Shown piece after piece: positions 37,810 through 54,835 of a stretch of 64,000 nt of DNA. The notes under the pieces are model-generated. The model was given only the letters and a program-made list of their open reading frames with translations, did no database searches and was not told where the DNA came from. A program made the translations under genes and the position numbers. Source of the stretch: the human T2T-CHM13v2.0 reference genome, Homo sapiens; NCBI RefSeq assembly GCF_009914755.1, contig NC_060925.1; one strand, written 5' to 3'. The stretch's first letter is position 1. Each line of letters starts with the position of its first letter.

Positions 37810-38668
37810 ATGCTGGTCATGCTGCTCACTCCTTCAGATCCATTCTCTGCTGTTCTCTGTGCTGTAGGAGGTTGATCTCTCTAGGACCTCTTGTTATGGT
37901 CTGAATGTGGGTGTCCCCACATCAACATTCACATGCTGAAATCCTAATCCTCAAGGTGATGGTATTAGGAGGTTGGCCTTTGGGAGATGATTAGGTGATG
38001 AGGATGCAGCCCTTATGCATGAGATTAATGCCTTCATAAAAGTGACCCCAGAGGGACCCCTCGCCCCTTCTGCTATATGAGGACATGGTGAAAAAGCACT
38101 ATTTGTGAATGAGGACGGGATCCCTCAGCAGACACCGGATCTACCAGTGCTTTGATCTTGGACGTGCCAGCCTTCAGAACAGTGGGAAATAAATTTGTGT
38201 TGTTAATAAGCTACCCAGTCTATGGTATTTTATTACAGCAACCTGAGCAGACAAAGACAGTGCTCCCTTGATCTTTGGACTGCATTTGATTTTTGCCTAT
38301 GGGAGGCAGTAATAGAAGAAGCCAGGGAAAATGAAGAGTAATTGAGGTATTTCTTACCTCTCTTTCTCCTTCCTAGGCCACAGTGTTTGCAGAGCCTATT
38401 TTCCTTTAATTACTGTGAGATAATGAGGCGACCCCCTCATTGCTGACTTCAGCTTTTGTCAGCTTTCAGTAGCACTGTACCTTTCCTTGCCCTGCAGGCC
38501 TAGGGATGGTAACAACTCCTCATTGTGACTAGTCCTTGGGTGCTTCACCATTCCTTGTCAGTTTCCATAACCCTGCCTGTACCTCTATAAAATGTCCCTT
38601 CATTCAGTGCTCTTAAATTAAATCCTTTGAGTGCATTCTTTGTTTCTCTTCTGCATGCTAGACTACAC
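37810..38668 (+). mobile_element. LTR33-like ERVL LTR interrupted by MLT1A
   Basis: ccttcagatccattctctgc...caggcctagggatggtaac...aaccctgcc...tcccttcatt motifs. Confidence 0.6.
37892..38259 (+). mobile_element. MLT1A-type MaLR solo LTR
   Basis: TGTTATGGTCTGAATG start, aataaatt...aagctacccagtctatggtatttt, ...AAGACA end. Confidence 0.85.
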
Positions 38669-38669
38669 C

Positions 38670-39026
38670 ATGCAGACTCCTCCTTTTTCAGGACAGTTGG
38701 ATGGCTCAGATCTCTCAGGAATTTCCCTTAGTCATTTTCCCTCACCAAAGTCCTGTTCACTTTCTGGGCAGCCTGCATTCAGTTACTGATCATTGTGGAG
38801 GTATAAAAGGCCTGGTTTGCTTGGACCCTGGCTGGGGCAGCCATGGGGTTCATTGTGACTGTTGTTGAGACTGTGGTTGGCACCAAAACCTAGCATCTCC
38901 GCCTGCCAGACCTGCTTCCTGTCCTCACTTCCACAGATGCAGATCCTGAGAGTACTCCCTAATAATTTTCTGGAATGCTTACCTCAGTTTCATAATCTAC
39001 TTCCCAGAAAGAGCAATTTACAAACA
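38670..39026 (+). mobile_element. LTR16-like ERVL LTR
   Basis: gggcagcctgcattcagt..gggtataaaaggcctgg..ctgcttcc..gatcctgagagtactccctaataa. Confidence 0.6.
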
Positions 39027-39481
39027 CCATTTCTTTAAAAGCACGTGTGCTGGCTGATTGTTATAAAGATTAATTGTCTTCTCTTGTCTATAATTGCCAA
39101 TACGACCCACAATGGGCATAGTTTTGCTTTTGTGCCTTCTCAGTTCCCTTTCCTGGGATCCTTTATGGTCTTATACTCTTATGCTAATCTGTACTCTTAA
39201 AAAATTATCTAAACACACTAATTAAAGCAACCTTAAGTTACCAATTTATGCTTGCTAAATCAGCAAACATTTAAAAATATTATAGCCTCCAGTATTGTTA
39301 AAGTTGGTATGGCACAGATACATTTATACAGTGCTAATGGCATTATAAACCAAAATAACTCTTGAGAAAGATTGCATGACATTATATATCATTATGCTAT
39401 TTGATCTAATAAGTGCTTTCCTGAGAATTTGTTCTTCAACAATTAAAAGGAAGAGCAAATCTACCTGTACAAGTTATCATC

Positions 39482-39939
39482 TGTTTTGCAAGAAAAGACC
39501 ACCACTCAATATCTGAAATAAAATACTGAATTTATTAATATTTTAAGCAAGGGAAAGCCTTGCTTGTGAGGCTCAGCCTTTCTGAGCAAAGCATGAAGCT
39601 GATTTTATATGGGTTTTTGGCAGTGTGGAGTCCAGAAATTTGAAGTTCTTCTGAGATGTCACTGTTTAGTGATTGGCTGACCCTTAGTTGTAGGAGCATG
39701 GTTACCAGTGTGCATCTGTTGCTGACTTTAAAAACGCAATTACTAAACTGAAGCTGTTTCCAACTGGCTGACTTTCAGAATTCTGAGCTGTCACTGACTA
39801 GGTTTCAGAAACATGTTTATTGAAGTGAATTGTCATTGATTGATTATGTAAATTTAAACTCAGCTGGGTTGTTACTTATTATAATACCTAGCAAATAACT
39901 AGTCTTCTCACAGAAGTGTAAGAACTTTTTTTCTCAACA
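39482..39939 (-). mobile_element. Unassigned solo LTR-like element
   Basis: TG...CA termini, interrupts L1ME, minus-strand AATAAA and CCAAT-like repeats. Confidence 0.45.
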
Positions 39940-40150
39940 GCATATTCTCTAATATGAACCTGGATATAATCTCAATGTCTAATATGCAAATGGTTAAGTA
40001 ATTATGGTGAAGACATAATGGAATATTATGCAGTCAATAACCATTATTAATGTTGCATAGCTGCATAGTAAAAGATTTATAATGTAAGGGTACATTTAAA
40101 AAAAGATTTTAAATAGAATTTTCTTGTTTATGGCAACTATTTGAAAAATA

Positions 40151-40175
40151 TGTGTGTGTGTGTGTGTGTGTGTGT
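40151..40175. repeat. (TG)n microsatellite
   Basis: Direct read. Confidence 0.95.
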
Positions 40176-40419
40176 ACAGGGATCAATTCATAGAATGATG
40201 AATAATGCTTAATGTTTTACACGTTTTTATATTTTATATGTATATATGTGTGTGAACACAAACATGTTTTAAAATAAAGATTAAAAAAGCAATTTAATAA
40301 TTCAACAGATAACAGGAAGGTTTGAATTTTAGTAGGAGATGTTGAAGACCAATATGCCTTTAAGACACAAATGAACTCATCTCATTAGAGGCCATAAAAG
40401 TGGAAGAAACACTGAACTT

Positions 40420-43655
<3,236 letters not shown>

Positions 43656-44574
43656 GAAAATGCTTTGTAAACTAGAAAATATTATACAAACTATTATTTT
43701 TTCATCTTTCAATTTTCTAATTGTCATAATATTTGTATGTATTTATGGGGTACATGTGGTATTTTGTTATATGCACTGACTCTAATGATCAAGTCAGAGT
43801 ATTTGGAGTGTGTATCACCTTGAATATGTATTATTTCTATGTATTAGGAACATTTCAAGTACTTTCTTCTAGCTGTTCTGAAATATACAATACAGTGTTG
43901 TTAACTATAGTCACACTATTCTGCTATTGAACATTAGAACTTATTCCTTCTATCTAACTCTATGCCTGTACTCATAACCAACCTCTTTTTATCTCCCTAC
44001 CCATCTACTTACACACCCTTCTCAGCCTCTGGTATCTATTATTCTACTGTCTACCTACATGAGACCAACTTTTGGTTCTTACATGAGTGAGAATATGTGA
44101 TATTTGTCTTTCTGTGCCTGGTATATTTCACTTAACATAATGACCTCCATTTCCATCCATGTTGCTGCAAATGACATTATTTCATTTTTATGGCTCAGTA
44201 GTATTCTATCATGTACGTATACCACATTTTCTCAATCCATTTGTTTATAGAAGCTTAGGTGGATTCCATATCTTTGCTATTGTGAACAATGCAGCGATAA
44301 ACATGTAAGTGCAGCATCCCTTTTATACACTTATTTATTTTCCATTGGAGAAATACCTAGTAGTGGGATTGCTAAATTATATTTTTGTTGTATTTTTAGT
44401 TGAGAAATCTTCATACTGTTTTTCATAGTGTTTTACTAATTTACATTCCCACCAACAGTGTGTAAGAGTTCACTTTTCTTCACATTCTCACCAGCATCTG
44501 CTATTTTTTTTGTTTTAATAGTCGTTCAACTGGGTAAGATTATATCACATTGTGGTTTCGATGTACATTTCCCA

Positions 44575-44853
44575 TTTTTCCCTCCCTCCCTCCTTCCCTC
44601 CCTCTCTCCCTCCTTTCCTTTCCTTCCTTCCTTCCTTCCCTCCCTCCCTCCCTTTTTCTTTCTTTCTTTCTTTCTTTCTTTCTTTTCTTTCTTTCTTTCT
44701 TTCCTTCCTTCTTTCTTTCTTTCTTTTTCTTTCTCTCTCTCTCTTTCCCTCCCTCCCTCCCTTCCTTCCTTCTTTTCTTTCATTTTCTTTCTCTCTCTCT
44801 TTCCCTCCCTCCCTCCCTTCCTTCCTTCTTTTCTTTCTTTTTCTTTTTCTTCT

Positions 44854-44893
<40 letters not shown>
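44575..44893. repeat. About 320-bp polypyrimidine tract (CCCT/CCTT/CTTT/T) grown from an Alu tail
   Basis: Direct read; nearly purine-free on + strand. Confidence 0.95.
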
Positions 44894-44896
<3 letters not shown>

Positions 44897-45173
44897 GGGT
44901 CTCACTCTTTCACCCTGGCTGGAGTACAGTGGTGCAATCTTGGCTCACTGCAGCCTCTGCCTCCCAGACTCCAGAGATCTTCCCACCTTAGCCTCCAGAG
45001 TAGCCAGGACTACAGGTGCCCACCAGCATATTTGGCTAATTTTTGTATTTTTTGAAGAGATGGGGTTTTGCCATGTTGCCCAGGCTGGTCTCAAACTTCT
45101 GATCTCAAGCAATCCACCTGCCTCGGCCTCCCAAAATGCTGGGATTACAGGCATGAGCCACCATGCCCAGCCC
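44894..45173 (-). mobile_element. AluJ
   Basis: cagggtctcactct, ctcaagcaatcc diagnostics; full dimer. Confidence 0.9.
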
Positions 45174-48100
45174 AGCACTTATTTTCATATACCTATTTGC
45201 CATTTGTCTGTCTTCTTTTGAGAAATGTCAATTTATGTGCTTGCCCATTTTTCAATGAGATTTTTTTTAACTTGTTTGAGTTCCTTCTATATCTGGATAT
45301 TAGTCTCTTATTAGATGAATAGTTTGCAAATAGTTTATTCCAGTCAACAGATTGTCTGTTCACTAAGTTGATTGTTACCTTTGCTGTGAAGACACTTTTA
45401 AATTTACTGTAGTCTCATTTGTCTATTTTTGTTTTTGTTGCCTGTGCTTTTGAGGTCTTAGCCATAAAATCTTTTCTAGACCTATGTCCAGAAGTGTTTC
45501 TCCTTTGTTTTCTTCTAGCAGTTTTTATAGTTTCAGGTCTTATGTATAAGTCTTTAATCTACCCTGAGTTGATTTTTGTATTTGGTGAGAGTTAGGGGTC
45601 TAGTTTCATTCTTCTGCATGTGGCGACCAATTTTCCTAGCACCATTTATTGAAGAGAATGTTCTTTCTCCAATATATATTCTTGCTTCCTTTGTCAAAAA
45701 TCCTTTGGTTGAAAATACGTGAATTTATTTCTGGGTTTGCTACTTTGTCCCGTGGTGTATGTGTTTGTTTTTATACAAAAACCATGCTGTTTTAGTTATG
45801 ACAGTCTTGTAATATATTTTGAAGTCAGGTAATGTGGTGCCTCCAGCTTTGTTTCTTTTGCTTAGGATTGCTTTGGCAGTTCAGACTCTTCTTTGTTAAC
45901 ACATGAATTTTAGGATTGTTTTTTCTATTTATGTGAAAAAATGGCATTGCTATTTTGATTGGAATTATATTGAATCTGCAAATTGCTTTGGACAGTATGG
46001 TTATTTTGATGATTTATTCTTTTGATTCATGAGCAGGGGATGTCTTTCCATTTGTTTGTGTTATCCTCAATTTCTTTCGTCAGTGTTTTGTAGTTTTCCT
46101 TGCAGAGTTCTTTCACTTCCTTGGTTAAATTTATTCCTAAGTATTTAATTTTATTTTTTAGCTGTTACAACTTGTGTTGCCTTCTTGATTTCTTTCTCAA
46201 CTAGTTTATTATTAATGTATACAAACAATACTGATTTTTGTATATTGATATTATATCATGAAACTTTACTGAATTTATTAATTTATTAGATCTCAGTTTT
46301 TTTGTGGAGTCTATAGATTTTTTTCTAGATATTGAATTACACCATCTGCAAAGAAGGGCAATTTGACATTCTCATTTTCAATTTCATTCTTTTGCCTGAT
46401 GGTTCTGGCTAGGACTTCCAATACTATGTTGAATAGGAGCAGTGAGAGTGGACATCCTTGTCTTGTTCCAGCTTTTAGAGAGAAGACTTTCAGCTTTCCC
46501 CATTCAGTATGACGTTAGCTGTATCTTTGTGGTATATGGCCCTCATTTTGTTGAGGTATGTCTCTTCTATGCCTAATTTCATGAGGGTTTTTATCATGAA
46601 GGGATGTTGAATTCTATCACATGCCTTTTCTTTGTCTAGTGACCTAATGAGATGGTTTTGATCCTTCATTCTTTTATGATGTATCACATTTATTGATTTG
46701 CATATATTGAATCATCTTTGCATTCCTGGGATAAATCCCACTTGATCATGGTGTATTATCTTTTTGATGTACTGTTGGTTCCAATTTGCTAGTGTTTTGT
46801 TGAGGATTTATGTTTCTCTGTTCCTCAAGAATATTGGCCTGTAGTGTTGTTGTTGTTTTCATGTTTTTGTCTAGCCTTATAGAATGAGTAATGGAGAATT
46901 TCAAACTATATTATTAAGGTATCAGATTCAATATTAATACTGTAGGTAACTCAAAGCTAATTGCTAAAAAAAATAAATAAAATGAAGTTGTAATTTTTTG
47001 AAACATAAAATGCTTCATAATATGAAGTATGTTTGGAATTGAAGCCAAGGAAAACACATGCTGCTTCTCAAACTATTTGTCCTTTAATGAGGTGCCAAAT
47101 AACTCAACATCTGTCTGAGAGTTGGTCATGGCATAAAGGGGGATAACTTTTCTAATATACTATGTGGCTGCTGCTTCATTGGGGAACCTTAGAACAGATG
47201 CACTGGCAATGTGGTCTACATTGTACCTTTGCTAACAAGCTTCCTTTGATTTGGAGTCATTGTGTTCAGTAGACATCTTAATGGAAAAGCTACAATTTTG
47301 TTCCTATGGAATACATGACTATTGGTATAAACAGTAAATGTAATACACACTTCTTCCTATTGTGAGGTGTCCACTGGCTTCACAGTCCTACCAAAGGTTA
47401 AACATACCCCAAAACCGAATCATGCCAAGGCAAGCTCAATAATTTTAAAGTCCAGCTTTTAAAAACTTAAGCAGCTAAGTCACTAATGAAAAAATATCCT
47501 ATCTGTACCACTGAGATGAGAAATTTAGAACTGCTAGAACTGCTAATCTTATAATTACTAGGAGAATTCTGCAATTTAAAGCTTGACAAATTTTTTTTTT
47601 TTTCCTAACTGGCAAAATCTAGCATTATCTTTGCTTATTTTAAAGTTTTAGGTTGATTATTTGACTTAAATGAAATTTAAGATAATTTGCCTTATATTGG
47701 TTTTCATTTTCATGGAAAGACCATTTCTATTACATACCATTCATATGTGAGGGTATGTGTGGGTGGCTGAGCACATCAGGTTTCATGTTTATTTTAAATA
47801 CAGTTAAAATCTAAACTGTTCTTTCCCCTAGAAACTGGGGAATTCTGGAGATTAATCAGTGGATAAACAGACTTTATAGCAGATGAATATATCATTAGTT
47901 TCAGTTGAGCTTTGCTTACTGTGGTAACTTGAATATCCAGATGAATTTAATCAATTAACAACTAGACATTGTGACAGATTGAAGTATACATGTTCTTAAT
48001 CTCAATGTACTTTCACTCTAGCTTTGGAGACAGAATAAACAAGTTAACCAATTAAATAATACCTGTAGTCAGCTGCAATCAGAGTTGTAGGAGGGAGAGA

Positions 48101-48344
48101 GTCCCACGAGAGTGGTGGGGTTTAAGCTAGTGTCAAAGAATTTGGATACATGGAGGAGAGCAGACAAGCAAAAGAAAGAAGAGTATGCAGGCGTCTAGAG
48201 GAGACATAATATAGAATATTTACATATGTTTTGCAAGTGAAGTCTGCAGTTCTATATCCTCAGTTTGAAAACACACACATATACACACACATACACACAC
48301 AGACACAACTGCAGAATGAACAACAAAGGGACTGAGATGAAACA

Positions 48345-48580
48345 GCTGCTGTGGTAGTTAGGGGCATTGGTTCTGGGGTGAGACTGCCTGGATTTATGTT
48401 CCAACCTTTGTGATTCGCTCTGTGACTTTGAAGAACTCACCTACCTGTACTAAGCCTCAGTTGTTTCATAGGTGAAATGGGAATGACTATAATAGTACCA
48501 GATGAAAATGGGAAAATTGAAGGAGAAAAAGTAATTAGAACAATGTCCAGTGTGTGATTAGATGTAAGTAAAACTTATTA
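48345..48580 (+). mobile_element. MIR
   Basis: agactgcctggatt...tgtgacttt...aagcctcagtt..ttcat..gtgaaatggg. Confidence 0.75.
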
Positions 48581-49328
48581 TCATTTGCCATTTGTGGAAA
48601 TGTGTTCATAATTTTGTTACCTGTGGTGTATTGCTACAGGATCCTTGAGACCAGAAACTTCTTTTATTTTTAATTAATTAGTTAATTCAGCAATCAGATT
48701 TTGAACATTCATTTATAACAAGTGCTAAAGATGAGATAAGTTGTCTAATGACAGGCATCTGCTCTTTGTACATTTTATATGATTAATAGTTGTTGAAATA
48801 AGGGAAATAATTATCAGCGGTTGGAAGTATATATTGTCTTAAAGGTTACTTCTTTCTTTGGTAGTTCAACTAGTACTTTTTATAGCCCTTATAAAGTTAT
48901 GGTATAATTTTTTATATAACTATACTGTATAAATCTTTAGGATCTCATTGGTGTATCATCTTGTGGATGTCTGTCCCAGTAAAGAACTTAGACTATCACA
49001 TGTAGTCAAGCTCATTGTTACAAAACATGCGCTTCTTATTTTAATTACAGAAGTCTAAGTTTAATAAAAATGTTGAATAGATTCAATTCAATGTAATGAA
49101 TGTTAGTTATTTCATTTGTTTGATATTTCAGTGCTTTAATGGATTTAATACTAAAATGCTTTTTTATTTAATGAAAAGCATGGCAGAATTTTATTGCAGT
49201 GCAAGGTGCACTGTACTAATAGTACTTGACATCTATATAAATTGTTGTGTTGGATTGAATGATTAGTATTAAAAAGAACATAATATTTTTACTTCTCATT
49301 GTGAAAAATAAAATCAGTCTTTTAGAGG

Positions 49329-49559
49329 TCAAATAATTATTCTAGAAGTCATTAATAGAATTGGATACTGCCCGAGATGATCCATGATGTCAGGCCCATG
49401 TGATCTGATAATCTCCTTTATACTTGTTCTTTTCTGAAATAAAGCTGATCTATTAATCTCATGTGTTTTTAATTTAAATTCATCAACTTCTGCCTTGATG
49501 TAAGAGAAAATCTTATAATAGGATTTCCCCAAATTTTGATTCCTTGCTTTTAGAAACCT
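49329..49559 (-). pseudogene. Possible decayed CRAL-TRIO (Sec14-like) N-terminal coding remnant
   Basis: Stop-free frame RFLKARNQNLGKSYYKIFSYIK...IKEIIRSHGPDIMDHLGQYPILL; similarity judged by eye to recalled RLBP1/clavesin sequences only. Confidence 0.25.
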
Positions 49560-49574
49560 AGCAAAGCCATAGAT

Positions 49575-49725
49575 TACAGAATTCTAGAGCTGGAAGAGAA
49601 GATATTCCCTTTATTTTATAATCCTCTAATTTTACTGGTGAGGAAACTGAGGCCTGCTGAGTTATCATACTTGCTTAAGACAATAGTCACAAAACCAGAC
49701 TGAAGCTAATGTTTTCTGTTTCCAG
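49575..49725 (-). mobile_element. MIR fragment
   Basis: agaattctagagctggaag...attttactggtgaggaaactgaggcc. Confidence 0.7.
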
Positions 49726-50669
49726 GTATCTATCTACAAACCAGAGACTCATAATATTGATAGTAACTAATTTAAGAGCACACAACTTAAATATTTTGAC
49801 AGGGCTTACCACAAATGAGTCACTATTTTAATTGAGTGACCTTGTTTAAATAGATCAGGATCTTGTTTTACTGTTAAAGGGAATCACCAAGCAAAACATG
49901 CCTCAAAACCTATTTATGCCTTATAGTCTTGAAAGTCATGATGTCTTCAGCTCCCTAATATCAGAACAGTATTTTCTAAAAAGAAAATTGTGAATAACCC
50001 TTCACTTAGCTTCTGTCCACTTAAAAGCGTGTCTGCATCTGTACCCACCCTAACCCCAGTCCCTGCTTCTCCCTAGGGATAATTGTCTACCTGTGCTATA
50101 GGTCTCTCTTCTTCCACTTCATCAGTTATCCTTTTACCATCAACCACTCCCTGTACATCAGCTCTTTCTTCTAAAAAATAGACTTATTCAAGTAATCTCC
50201 TACCCACCCGCCCCCAATAAACAATAACCTTTTATTCATCTTCTGTTGCATTTCTTCTTTGGGCATTACTCCCTTCTCTTTTTTTCTACAGAGATAAATT
50301 CCATTAATAAATTATCTACATTTGCTACTTCCATTTTATTAGCTCAAATTCACTACTCAGACAGTATTTTCACAAATTTTCATAAATTAAAAAAGTACCT
50401 ATTGAAAATAAATAAATAAATAAACATTACCATGAAAGTAAAGCTTGAAAATAAAATTCAATAGAATAATTTTTTATTGTACCCCCTAAAGGAGGAAGAA
50501 ATGAATTGATGGGTGGTGATTGTGAAAGAGAAGTATCTAGGAGGCATTCTTTGGAAGGAGTATTCTTTCTGCATTGTTTTTTCCCCACCAGTCTTTGGAC
50601 ATTTTAGGGACTCATGGTTATTGTCTACTTAAATTGCTCACAAAGATAAACTCATTAGTGGACTTATTT

Positions 50670-52680
50670 TTAATTAAAAATGAACATTTCCTAAATTTAT
50701 ATTAAAATGCAAAGATCTTTGACTTGCTGAACAGTTTTTAATAAGAAAAAACAGAGTTGGTGAGCAAAGCACATGAGTAGATATTTCTCAAAAGAAGACT
50801 GACTTACAAACAGCCAACAAACATGAAAAAATGCTCAACATCACTAATCATCAGCGAAATGCAAATTAAACCCACAATGAGATACGTTACTCCTGCAAGA
50901 AGTACACTTTACTCTTTACTCCTGCAAGAATCGCCATAATTAAAAAAGAAAGAGATGTTGGCATGGATGTGGTGAAAGGGAATACTTTTATACTGCTCGT
51001 GGGAATGTAAATTAGTGCAACCACCATGGAAGACAGTATGGAGATTCCTTAAAGAACTAAAAATAAAACTACCATTCAATCCAGCAGTCCCACTACTGGA
51101 TATCAATCTACCCAAAGGAAAAGTAATCATTATATGAAACATGCACACATGTTTATAACAGGACAATTTTCAGTTGCAAAGATATGGAATCAACCTAAGT
51201 ACCCACTGAACAGTGACTGTTTAAAGAAATTGTGGTATATATATGTATACCATGGAAGACTACCCATCCATAAGAGGGAATGAAATAATGTGTTTTGCAG
51301 CAACTTGGATGGATCTGGAGGCCATTATTCTAAGTGAAGTGACTCAGGAATGGAAGACCAAATATCGTATGTTCTCACTTATAAGTGGGAGCTAAGCTAT
51401 GAGGACACAAAGGCATAAGAGTGATATAATGGACTTTGGGTACTTGCAGGGGAAGTTTGGGAGGGGGGTACCAGATAAAAGACTACATATTGGGCACAGT
51501 GTACACTGCTTGGGTGATGGGCGCACTAAAATCTCAGAAATCACCACTAAAGAACTTATCCATGTAACCAAAAACTACCTGTACCCCAAACAACTGTTGA
51601 AATAAAAAAAAAGAAAAAAACAGAGTTAGAGGATTTACACTAAGTGATTTTAAGACAATATTCTATTGGCATAAGGATAGACACTAAGATAGAGAGTCCA
51701 GAAATAATTCCATGCCTATACCAGCAAGTAATTTTCTAAGTAACTTAAAGAGGAAAAAGGTAGTATTTTCAACAATTAATGTTGGATGTTATATGGGAAA
51801 ATTAATTTGTATAATAACTCATGCTATATAAAAAAATTAACTCAAAATGAACATATACATATGAAACTTAAATATATAACTTCTAGAAGGAAATATAGGA
51901 ACATAATCTATGAAATGATGGGTTGATCAAAGATTTCTTAGAACACAAAATGTCAGACCATATAAAATTAATAAATTGGAAAATTCTAAACCTAAAAACT
52001 TTGCTGTTTAAAAGACATTGTGCAGAAAATAAAACGACATGTCTCAGCCTTGAAGGAAATGTTTACAAAGCATATATCTTGTAAATAATTTGTTTTCAAA
52101 ACATGTAAGCAACTCTTACAAACCAGTAGGGAGAAAAATCACCAAATAAAATTATGGGGGAAAAGTCGAACATCATTTCACAAAAGAAAATATATGAATG
52201 GAAGATAAACACATGAAAAGATGCTCAACATTGTTAGTTCTTAGGGAAATGTAAATCAAAAGCATAGTGAGATACTACTATACTCCCACTAGAGTGGGTA
52301 AAATGAACAAAAACAGGAACAAAAAACCTGGTAATAGTAAGTTTTGGCAAACGTGCAAAGTGTCTGGAAGTCTCATACACTGCTGCTGGGAATGCAAAGT
52401 AGTTTAGCCATGTTGATAATTAACTTGGTAGTTTCTTTTAAAGTTGAATATACATTTACCAAATGACTCAGAAATCGCAGTCTTAGCTACTTACCCAAGA
52501 CAAATTAAAACATATGTCTTTAAAAATATTGTACTGTACTTGAATGTTCATTGCAACTTTATAAGGTGTGAGGGGATGGAATTTATCACAAAGAGGCAAA
52601 ATGATGGAAAAATTCTGTGTCTTAGTTTTAACAATGTTAGAGAACTGTATACATTACTCAGCTTAAAGTAGGTGAGTTTC
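50670..52680 (+). mobile_element. Old L1M (ME/MD) ORF2-3' remnant hosting an L1PB
   Basis: ctaaatttatattaaaatgcaaag...gagagtccagaaata...atgaaaagatgctcaacatt colinear L1M text. Confidence 0.7.
50761..51610 (+). mobile_element. 5'-truncated L1PB
   Basis: L1PB 3' UTR (caccactaaagaacttatccatgtaacc); TSD aaaaaacagagtt(g/a)g. Confidence 0.9.
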
Positions 52681-52723
52681 AATACCATTTTTACTTCAGG
52701 TATGCTGAGAAAATGATACTTCA

Positions 52724-53097
<374 letters not shown>

Positions 53098-53388
53098 TTA
53101 ATTTTATGTTCTGTCAAATAGTAAAAATATACTATTTACCTTCTTTAAATAAGTGGATGAATGTCTTGTAAAAATTAGGATGGAGATCATTGCCTAATTT
53201 CCCATTAGGCATTAAAAATCATGACCAGATAATAATGAAACAGGAGAAGTTACAGATATAAATCCTGGAGAATAAAGGCAATTTTCTCTCTATTCAGTAT
53301 TACTTAACACAGTATTAGATTTAACATGGTTTACAAATGATAATAATGACAGTTGTTTTATTGTCATCTGGGCAAAGATGAAAAAGAA

Positions 53389-53428
<40 letters not shown>
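53389..53428. repeat. (AAT)n microsatellite
   Basis: Direct read. Confidence 0.95.
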
Positions 53429-53431
<3 letters not shown>

Positions 53432-53573
53432 CAAATTATTTATAGTAATTCCCTAAGAAGTGAATAGGAAGATTTTCTGTAACCTTTGCATTCTATATTT
53501 GAAGGATGTTGGTATTTGTTTTAAAAAATGATCTACATTCCATTTTTTATATATGCATGTGTGTGTGTGTATG

Positions 53574-53937
53574 TGTTACTAGTCTGTTCTCGCACTGCTA
53601 ATAAAGACATACCTGAGACTGGATAATTTAAAAAAGAAAGAGGTTTAATTGGCTCACAGTTTCACATGGATGGGGAGACCTCACAATCATGATGGAATGC
53701 AAATGAGGAGCAAAGTCATGTCTTACATGGCAGCAGGCAAGAGAGCTTGTGTAAGGGAACTCCCCTTTATAAAGCTATCAGATCTCATGAGACTAATTCA
53801 CTATCACTAGAATAGTGTGGGAAAGACCCACCCCCATGACTCAATTGCCTCCCACTGTGTCCCTCCCATGACATATGGGAATTATGGAGCTACAGTTCAA
53901 CATGAGATTTGGGTGAGGACATGGCCAAACCATATCA
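53574..53937 (-). mobile_element. THE1 (THE1C-like) solo LTR
   Basis: ctgctaataaagacatacctgagactgg...ccaaaccatatca; 5-bp TSD gtatg / gtgtg. Confidence 0.92.
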
Positions 53938-54469
53938 GTGTGTATATACACACACAGTCTGTGTAATGACAGTCTGAGAAACAGAAGTAAGCCCAAAATC
54001 TTTCTGTGATCCAGGCAATGTTATTTAGCTTTATGATAAAAGAGAGAAATAGTTATTGGTTCCTATTCACCAACACTGAGGGAGAGTATTATAGACTACA
54101 TTTGTGGCTGGATAGTAATTTGTCAGTATTTGTTGTTTGCTATAATCATTCATGATTATATATAGTCTGAAAGACTTGGGATAAATGCCATTTAAGAAAT
54201 TATATTATTTCTTCATCTTATGATTCGTCCTTTTGTGGTGATTGTAATGTTTACCTTGTTAGATTCATCTTGACCTCCTGTCTGGATCCCTGGAGACTGT
54301 GAAGCAGTTGTTATATTCTTTTGTAATAAGAAAATTTAGGCATAAATAGCTCAAAAGCAGAGTTATGTAAGGTATTGTTATTTCTATTGTGTTTTTTAAA
54401 AGGAAGTGAGGTTGAAAGAGGGCATTTTGTGGTGAAATGAAGAGCATGAGACTTAACTGAAATGGTGGG

Positions 54470-54705
54470 ATTGTGATTCAGCAAAGTATTTAATAAGGAC
54501 CTACTCACATGCAAGACTTTGCCAGGCATCACTCACTGTTTCATTTAATCCTCAAAATAACCCTGTCAGATATATAGGATGCATTATTTCTATTTTAATA
54601 AATAAGAACACAGTTTCAGAAGCGTCAAATAAATTGCTGAATGTTCCACAGTTACTATGGACAGAATTAGAATTTCAACCCAGAGTTTGTCTGAATCCAA
54701 TTGCA
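54470..54705 (-). mobile_element. MIR
   Basis: tcatttaatcctcaaaataaccctg...gaatttcaacccag..ttgtctgaatccaa. Confidence 0.7.
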
Positions 54706-54835
54706 GAGACCTTACCTGTACACAGATATATAATGCATTGGCTTGCATAGAATAAAGTTTATATTGGAGAATCTTCAAATGCCTATCATCAATCCTAGAA
54801 ATATTAATGCTCCTGTCTTCCTAAAGGCATGCAAT

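Larger units (their letters stand above)
39210..40290 (+). mobile_element. L1ME3/4-type 3' fragment with an LTR-like insert
   Basis: aaatggttaagtaattatgg...atggaatattatgcagtc L1ME text on both sides of 39482-39939. Confidence 0.55.
43699..46900 (-). mobile_element. L1MA3-like element containing an AluJ
   Basis: L1MA 3' UTR (ttaactatagtcac..ctattctgctattgaacattagaacttattcc), colinear ORF2 remnants; probable TSD caaacta(ta)ttatt. Confidence 0.85.

Noticed and set aside
44458-45221. Long overlapping ORFs (167-223 aa, F/S/L/P-rich; K/E/R/G on the reverse strand)
   Set aside because: Artefact of a stop-free polypyrimidine tract running into an Alu
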